Shown: one piece after another, positions 37,047 through 43,026 of the stretch | Numbering within the stretch: position 1 is the first letter of the stretch | Layout: every line of letters begins with the position of its first letter | Made by a program: the position numbers and the translations under genes | Assembly (NCBI GenBank): GCA_937899865.1 | Contig: CALBRH010000062.1 | Location: 1 to 43,026, forward strand | Reading direction: 5' to 3' | Source of the DNA: an uncultured euryarchaeote | GTDB taxonomy: Archaea; Thermoplasmatota; Poseidoniia; Poseidoniales; Poseidoniaceae | Length of the DNA stretch: 43,026 nucleotides | Notes under the pieces: generated by a model | The model's input: only the letters and a program-made list of their open reading frames with translations | What the model was told of the DNA's origin: nothing | Database searches by the model: none

Positions 37047-37754
37047 ATGTCATTCTTTGAAAACTTGAAGAATAATCGAGATACGCAAATTATGGCTCTC
37101 AGTATCGTGTTTTTCGTCCTCGCATTCCCAATTTACTTCGGCTTAGCAGCTGCCAATGCAGATGAAGGAGCCGGTCTTAACGCAGTTAACATGTACGAGG
37201 TCGCAGGAGAACCCACTTACATTGAACTTGATGCTGGTGACGAATTTATTGCTGATGGTGATCCATTAGTTCTAGATAATTTGCACACCGATGCAATTGA
37301 CGATGCAGATGACATGAATATCGTGGGAGTTCGGCTCACTATGAGTTATACTGAAATGGAAGAAGGTGGAAATGGACCTCAATGTATAGGTGGTGGAAAC
37401 GCAGATGACACAATTACTGGAACAACTATGCATGGAGAGTATAATGAAACTGCTAGCGGTAGTAACAATGGCGACTCAGGCTCTCACGTTGTCGAATCAT
37501 ACTGGATAAATGAATCTATAATGGGTGAGGTTGTAATCATGTCAAAAGCTGAAATTATCTCTATGGTAGATGCTGATGGAGCTGGATTAGGCTCATACAC
37601 GGTTGAAATCAGCGTAGATGCAAGCGCTGGAAATGCCGGACCGTTGCCGGGTTGTCAGAAATCCGATAACGGCGAAGATGTTGTATATACAGTTGAATTA
37701 ATTGTCTTTGATTATGACATTAGACCATACTTTGAAGTGAGTGAAGAAATTTGA
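37047..37754 (+). CDS. Hypothetical membrane-anchored acidic protein
   Basis: N-terminal TM (IMALSIVFFVLAFPIYFGLAAA), Asp/Glu-rich body with two Cys; GAGGAG SD. Confidence 0.8.
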   Translation: MSFFENLKNNRDTQIMALSIVFFVLAFPIYFGLAAANADEGAGLNAVNMYEVAGEPTYIELDAGDEFIADGDPLVLDNLHTDAIDDADDMNIVGVRLTMSYTEMEEGGNGPQCIGGGNADDTITGTTMHGEYNETASGSNNGDSGSHVVESYWINESIMGEVVIMSKAEIISMVDADGAGLGSYTVEISVDASAGNAGPLPGCQKSDNGEDVVYTVELIVFDYDIRPYFEVSEEI

Positions 37755-37814
37755 TGTTATGAGGCTCTAGGGTGTGTTATAATCGCTCAACCTTACACTA
37801 AAATCGATACTGCA

Positions 37815-40349
37815 TTGTATCAAGCGTCTTATCAGTTGCTTTCTAAGCGCAACAAGCAAATCTTCTCTTTGCTAGTGTTTGGCGTCATTTGGGCTGGACT
37901 TTGCTTTGGTTTATTCAATGTTCAATGGTTTGCTGGTGAAGCATTCTCTGCATATGAGGAAATGACTACTGAAGAGTTTTATTATGAGGGTACTCAGGAA
38001 GAATGCCAAGCAGCAGGCCTTGGAACCTTGGCTGGCTGTGAAATTAGAAATTTCAATGGCGGAATATGGTGGTCTTTGTTAGCAGCGCTATTGTTTTCAA
38101 TTGCGTTTGCACCACTCGCCTCTGCATTAACGATGTTGACTTATCGCAATAAGGATGTAACCGATGCTTGGATAGGGCAAGTCAATGGATTGTTATTTGC
38201 AATCCCTACTGCAATAATTTGGGCGTTTCTGTGGCTGATTTGCCTACCGTTTACTTGGGGATTGTTACCTTGGGGAGACTGGAGTTTTAACTGGTGGAAA
38301 ATCTTCCCGTTCGGTTTCGGACTAATTTGGATGGGCGGTCTACCATTAGTTATTACTGTAATCAATTTTTTCAAGAAAATAGGTAGTCCTGAATATAATC
38401 ACGATTTGGTTTCGGCTGATAAAGATAGAATAATGGACATGATTTCTGGAAGTAATACAAAAGACTATGCAAAGGTTAAATCCAATAAATCAAGATTAAA
38501 GGTTCTTAGGGCGGAAGCAGCAAGAGGCGGTTTAGATGAAGCCCAACAAAAAGAATTAGCAGGAAGAGAAAAATTTGCCGCAGATAATAAAGGAAAAGGC
38601 AGTGCAATATTTGTCGCAATTTTGGCTGTAATCATGATGATTCCCGGAATAGTATTGCTAATAATTGGTGGCGTAATGGCAGAGGGGTTCATCGAAGGCG
38701 AAGGAAGTTCTAGTTATACTCTAGAAATCATCGATGAAGACGGTTTAGGTGACCAAGGATTCATTATTTTCATTCAAGCAACGCCTGGTGATTTCAACGG
38801 TAATGGAATGCATGATTATTGTGAAAATGTAATGGTGAATGCTAATCATTCGGGAGCCTGGATGAGTGATCCATGGACAGGATGGTCCTCATATAATGAG
38901 GCGGATGAAACAAGGCAAGTATTCGAACTTGAAATTTCTCATAAGAGTAGTGGTTGCGATGCACAACACTGGCCAAAAGAAAAATGGGTAAATGAGGTCC
39001 AACTGGTAAAAATTGGACGTGCTTGTTATGGTTGTATGGCAGGTAATACAACAATTACTGCAGAATATGCCAACGAACCAACAAAACCTGTTGGTATGTG
39101 GATCCAAGATGGTGAAAAAATCAATGAATCTACTGCTTTGACAATTATTGGAGCGATTTTAACCGGAATTGGTGTATTGACTCTCGTTGGTTTAGCAATA
39201 ATAAAGATCGCAAAATCCAAAGCAGCAGCGCAAGCGGTTTATCATGTGGAAAAAGACCTAATCGAGATTATTGAATCGAATCCGGGTCAACCGGTACGCT
39301 TCAAACTAAACGACCCCCCTAAGGGGAGAGATGCATGGGTGGGCATCTATCCTGCAAGCACTGGTGATCAAGACCATGGAGACCGCTGGCGTTGGCTGAG
39401 AGATATTGATGTGAATAACGCCACTTTACCGGGACAATCTGCAGGCAAGTGGAGCATTCGCGTCTTCAAAGATGGCGGATACAAACTCCAGCATCGCCTA
39501 GATTTCGAGATTTCTACTAGCCCCCAACAACTCGCTACACCAACCTCATCCAAGGAAAAAGTCGCTGGAAATGCAACAATCACAACCTCCAAATCCACAT
39601 ACACGATTGATGAGGGCATCAATTTCTCTTTCACCGCACCCAAACTACCCGATGACGCTTGGATAGGAATCGTACCCGTAGCGATACCTCATGGTGATGA
39701 AGCAGTTAACGATAGCCATGATATCAGTTATGCGCATCTTGGAGGCAGGACCAATGGGGACATCACTCTGCCCAACCCTGGATTGGGAACTTGGACTCTA
39801 AGGCTTCATAATACGGACAACAATGGTCGAGAGCTTACACACGTCGTCTTTGAGGTTGTTTCATCTCATGGCAATGCCGCTCAATTACACCCCGCCGATG
39901 GACGCTACGAATTAGCAACAGATGAGTTGTCTTGGAATGAGCACAATGACCGTGCTCTAGCGATGGGAGGCCACCTTGTTTCAATTACCAGCGCAGAGGA
40001 AAACGAACTGGTCGCACGAATCGCTGGTGGAAGAACCGTATGGATTGGTGGAATGAGGAAAGGCTCGGGCAATGGCCCCGGTGCTGAACACTGGTGTTGG
40101 TGTGACGGGCAACCTTGGATATATGCGAACTGGGCTCCTGGCGAGCCGAACAACTACGGAGGTAACGAGAACAGAATACATCTATACGGCCAAAACAAAT
40201 TGTGGAACGATGTTGGTGAGGGTTGGAGAGGCCCCGCAGTATATCAATTGCCAAAGGAAAAATCAACCCAGTCAGCCAAAAAGATACAGTCAGCGTTGAA
40301 AAAGTCAAGTGGCAAAGAAAAATCCAATTTCTGGGATTCTGTCAATTGA
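37815..40349 (+). CDS. Six-TM membrane protein with two tandem Ig/SKICH-like domains and a C-terminal C-type lectin-like domain (start uncertain, TTG)
   Basis: Six hydrophobic segments; DAWVGIYP and DAWIGIVP repeats; CTLD signature GGHLVSITSAEEN, VWIGG, W..DG, NWAPGEPNN, WND at ~39897-40250. Confidence 0.82.
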   Translation: MYQASYQLLSKRNKQIFSLLVFGVIWAGLCFGLFNVQWFAGEAFSAYEEMTTEEFYYEGTQEECQAAGLGTLAGCEIRNFNGGIWWSLLAALLFSIAFAPLASALTMLTYRNKDVTDAWIGQVNGLLFAIPTAIIWAFLWLICLPFTWGLLPWGDWSFNWWKIFPFGFGLIWMGGLPLVITVINFFKKIGSPEYNHDLVSADKDRIMDMISGSNTKDYAKVKSNKSRLKVLRAEAARGGLDEAQQKELAGREKFAADNKGKGSAIFVAILAVIMMIPGIVLLIIGGVMAEGFIEGEGSSSYTLEIIDEDGLGDQGFIIFIQATPGDFNGNGMHDYCENVMVNANHSGAWMSDPWTGWSSYNEADETRQVFELEISHKSSGCDAQHWPKEKWVNEVQLVKIGRACYGCMAGNTTITAEYANEPTKPVGMWIQDGEKINESTALTIIGAILTGIGVLTLVGLAIIKIAKSKAAAQAVYHVEKDLIEIIESNPGQPVRFKLNDPPKGRDAWVGIYPASTGDQDHGDRWRWLRDIDVNNATLPGQSAGKWSIRVFKDGGYKLQHRLDFEISTSPQQLATPTSSKEKVAGNATITTSKSTYTIDEGINFSFTAPKLPDDAWIGIVPVAIPHGDEAVNDSHDISYAHLGGRTNGDITLPNPGLGTWTLRLHNTDNNGRELTHVVFEVVSSHGNAAQLHPADGRYELATDELSWNEHNDRALAMGGHLVSITSAEENELVARIAGGRTVWIGGMRKGSGNGPGAEHWCWCDGQPWIYANWAPGEPNNYGGNENRIHLYGQNKLWNDVGEGWRGPAVYQLPKEKSTQSAKKIQSALKKSSGKEKSNFWDSVN

Positions 40350-41762
40350 TTAAGCCAACAGTTTGGTAATATCAATTATTGGTGAAACCTTTTGCTCAAT
40401 TAATGCAAGCAAACGAGTTAATTCATGCTCATCATTTGCTTCAACTCGCATGACAAGAATTGGTTCAGTATTGGACTTTCTTGCTAGATACCAACCGGTT
40501 TGCTCACCATCTTCATTGTTGAACCTCACTCTAACACCGTCAATAGTTGATGCTTCATAATCGGTGAATGCTTGCCTAATAGCCTCGACAGTCTCGAGTT
40601 TTTTCTCTTCAGAGCAGGGTACTTTTACTTCACCAGTTGTTGGTAAATTTGGTGCTAAGCGATTCAATTCCTCGCTGAATAATAGGCCATTTGTTCTTGA
40701 CCATAACTCAAGAATTCTTGCCGCGTTGTAAAGTGAGCAATCAAAACCGTACCATCCACGGTCAGCCATGAAGATATGACCACTCATTTCAGCTGCCATC
40801 AAAGCATCCGGATTAGCGGCTAAAACTCGCTTCATAAACGAGTGCCCAGTCTTAGCCATCATTGGTCTACCACCAGCTGCAATGATTGCTTTCTCAACAT
40901 TCATTGAACACTTGACGTCATAAATCAGCAGATCTTTACCCTCTTCTGAGCCAACCACATCATTGGCCAATAGAGCGATTAAGCGGTCAGGATAGACGAA
41001 ATCACCATTTTCATCAACTGCACCAAGTCTGTCACCATCACCATCAGCGCCAAGTCCAAACTCACAACCGTTGTCTACAACTGCTTTGGCAAGGTCAACC
41101 ATGTTCTTTGGCCTTGTAGGGTCTGCACCATGATTCGGTTCAGTAGCATCCCAATCACAATACAAGTCAATATGTTCACAACCCATCATGTCGAGTAATT
41201 TACTCATTGCTGGGCCTGGAACAGCATTGCCACAGTCGACTGCAACTTTGACAGGACGGGCTAGTGGACCGGTTGATTCGATGATTGCTTGAAGATAGGT
41301 ATCGATGTGAGGATTATCTACAACTTCTCCTTGACCTTCAATGAAATCGCCAGCAAGGAAGACTTGCTTTAATTCCTGAATTTCCTCACCAGCCAGCGGT
41401 AAAGTGCCACGACACATCTTGAAACCATTGTGAGTTGGCATAGGTAAATGGCTTGCAGTGACCATTACACCACCGTCAACCGGTAAAGTCCAGCAGGCGT
41501 GATAGACACATCCGGTGGAAACGATTCCCAAATCAAGAACTTTGACTCCAGACTCGGTTAAGCCGCGCATTAATTCATTGGCAAGGGCAGGAGAAGAATC
41601 ACGAATGTCTCTACCGACAGCAAAGCTCGAACAACCTAGATACTTAGCCATTGCACGACCTAACCTGTAGGCAAATTCAGGAGTTAGTTCACCTGTGCCA
41701 TCACCATTAGCCAAGCCACGAATATCGTAGGCTTTGAAGCAATGAACTGGCCATTCGCTCAT
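40350..41762 (-). CDS. Phosphomannomutase / phosphoglucomutase (alpha-D-phosphohexomutase)
   Basis: FKAYDIRG, TASH phosphoserine loop, DGDGDR metal loop, AEMSGH sugar-binding loop. Confidence 0.95.
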   Translation of the reverse strand: MSEWPVHCFKAYDIRGLANGDGTGELTPEFAYRLGRAMAKYLGCSSFAVGRDIRDSSPALANELMRGLTESGVKVLDLGIVSTGCVYHACWTLPVDGGVMVTASHLPMPTHNGFKMCRGTLPLAGEEIQELKQVFLAGDFIEGQGEVVDNPHIDTYLQAIIESTGPLARPVKVAVDCGNAVPGPAMSKLLDMMGCEHIDLYCDWDATEPNHGADPTRPKNMVDLAKAVVDNGCEFGLGADGDGDRLGAVDENGDFVYPDRLIALLANDVVGSEEGKDLLIYDVKCSMNVEKAIIAAGGRPMMAKTGHSFMKRVLAANPDALMAAEMSGHIFMADRGWYGFDCSLYNAARILELWSRTNGLLFSEELNRLAPNLPTTGEVKVPCSEEKKLETVEAIRQAFTDYEASTIDGVRVRFNNEDGEQTGWYLARKSNTEPILVMRVEANDEHELTRLLALIEQKVSPIIDITKLLA

Positions 41763-41817
41763 GCTACTGCGAGTAGGTGCGCCATTTCAATGATGAGGGT
41801 AACAAAGAATAAGGAGT

Positions 41818-42636
41818 CTAATCAACAAATTTAGGATTAGAAAGATTATTGTGTTCACAAAATTTCAGCACTTCATTTTTCCAGTCTTCGTTTTTGCCGT
41901 TTCCATGTATGTAGAAAGGAATATTCTGAGGCGAATGCTTTGCATACTCATAAACAGCATCGTCCAAACAGAAACCATTCTTGACGGAAAATAAATTATC
42001 TTCGTATTGTTCGTAATTTGTATCTAAATTAGAAATCATGTTTCTATCTGCTACAACTGCAGCCATTGGCTGTGTAAAGATTTCATATTTTTTATTCAAA
42101 ATTTGAATTACATGAAATAGGGAGCACCACTCCCAACTACCTATTCTTACCGAGTAACTAGGATGTGCTTTTTCCAGAATATATTTTGTTGATTTTTGAC
42201 GCTTCTTTGCAAAGTGTTCTGCAAGAGTTTCTCCAAGTAAAATACCATCTTTATATCCCTCTTTCATTTGATCTTCATTTGTCCATATTCGATTGTAATT
42301 TTTTGATAATTCTTCATCGCACAATCCATGCTTAACTTTCCAAGTATCGGTGACATGATGAAAATACTCATGATAATAGGGTAGAGTTTCATTTGAGATG
42401 AGTTTGAGTTTGTTATATTCAGATTCCCACTTACTCCAATTAACATGAATTCCATAATCATGTGAACCAATTGATTTGTACCACCACACAATTTGCTGTG
42501 GGTCACAACAAGGTTTTGGCGAAATTGAATCAAAATTCTCGTTCTTCTCGCCGCGCTTGGGAGTTGGTAATATTCTCCCCAAGTTGATTTTCTTGAACGA
42601 ACCCGTAACAATGTGCCGACCTGTCAAGCCACTCAT
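41818..42636 (-). CDS. Hypothetical protein with HExxH motif, possible zincin-like metallopeptidase
   Basis: YYHEYFHH at aa 87-94 and ETLAEHFA ~45 aa downstream. Confidence 0.6.
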   Translation of the reverse strand: MSGLTGRHIVTGSFKKINLGRILPTPKRGEKNENFDSISPKPCCDPQQIVWWYKSIGSHDYGIHVNWSKWESEYNKLKLISNETLPYYHEYFHHVTDTWKVKHGLCDEELSKNYNRIWTNEDQMKEGYKDGILLGETLAEHFAKKRQKSTKYILEKAHPSYSVRIGSWEWCSLFHVIQILNKKYEIFTQPMAAVVADRNMISNLDTNYEQYEDNLFSVKNGFCLDDAVYEYAKHSPQNIPFYIHGNGKNEDWKNEVLKFCEHNNLSNPKFVD

Positions 42637-42795
42637 AGAATAATTTCGTTTAAATCTAGTATAAACCTTACTAGTTTTCCGTAGTCATGAAAGCACCTGT
42701 ATACAAGGGTACCCTTTGCAAATGTGGGTATTTGCCAAAAGTCTTCTTTGTAAATCCGGCAATGAATTGAAGTGTAAGGCGCCTCTAGAAGTAAT

Positions 42796-43026
42796 ATGGC
42801 CATTGCCCAAGAATCTCAGAAGTTGAAAAAATCCATTGCTGGTTTGTTAGGCTTGGTGGGCATTTCACTGGTGGTGCAAGGGATTGTCATGGCATCGCAT
42901 CCATCGACTGATATGACTGGGACGACACTGATCATCGTAGGCTTAGCAATCTCTTTCTTAGCGTGGAGGTGTTGGCCGGCCTCAACATCGGAAAAAATTC
43001 AGAATTCAAACGAACAGGAACAGCCG
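42796..43026 (+). CDS. Membrane protein, 5' part only (runs off the window edge)
   Basis: Not in the ORF track. Manual translation MAIAQESQKLKKSIAGLLGLVGISLVVQGIVMASHPSTDMTGTTLIIVGLAISFLAWRCWP...; two TM segments, no stop before the edge. Confidence 0.65.
   Translation, partial: MAIAQESQKLKKSIAGLLGLVGISLVVQGIVMASHPSTDMTGTTLIIVGLAISFLAWRCWPASTSEKIQNSNEQEQP

Noticed and set aside
42687-42770. 27-aa ORF MKAPVYKGTLCKCGYLPKVFFVNPAMN
   Set aside because: Very short, no SD, lies in a likely divergent promoter region; no supporting evidence.

Overview
Archaeal chromosomal window, most likely a Marine Group II / Ca. Poseidoniales-type marine Thermoplasmatota (inferred from archaeal P0/P1 stalk proteins, Spt5 and SecE sitting beside bacterial-type DnaJ and RNB genes and a giant Ig/propeller surface protein). 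Left to right: 5' end of a lipoprotein gene, tRNA-Leu(UAG), a minus-strand dnaJ-rnr-copA-copZ run, secE, a Nudix-like::Spt5 fusion, three small membrane proteins, rpl11 (N-terminal domain missing)-rpl1-rpl10-rpl12, a 177-nt helix-rich spacer, a hypothetical gene, a ~25-kb gene for an ~8311-aa membrane-anchored surface protein, two membrane proteins (one ending in a C-type lectin domain), PMM/PGM, an HExxH protein and a partial membrane protein. The main candidate for an undescribed system is the giant gene. I count 42 Ig-like (He_PIG-type) repeats, and nine beta-propeller cassettes are each inserted into the same loop region of a host Ig domain. Several cassettes are bracketed by Ig repeats that are nearly identical in protein but diverged at synonymous sites, and the cassettes differ in GC content, which suggests a swappable plug-in adhesin. 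Other strong signals are the truncated uL11, the pseudo-Nudix Spt5 fusion, a uL1-binding-like RNA motif, an unidentified structured spacer RNA and a predicted cytoplasmic disulfide-free C-type lectin. All calls are by eye, with no database searches.
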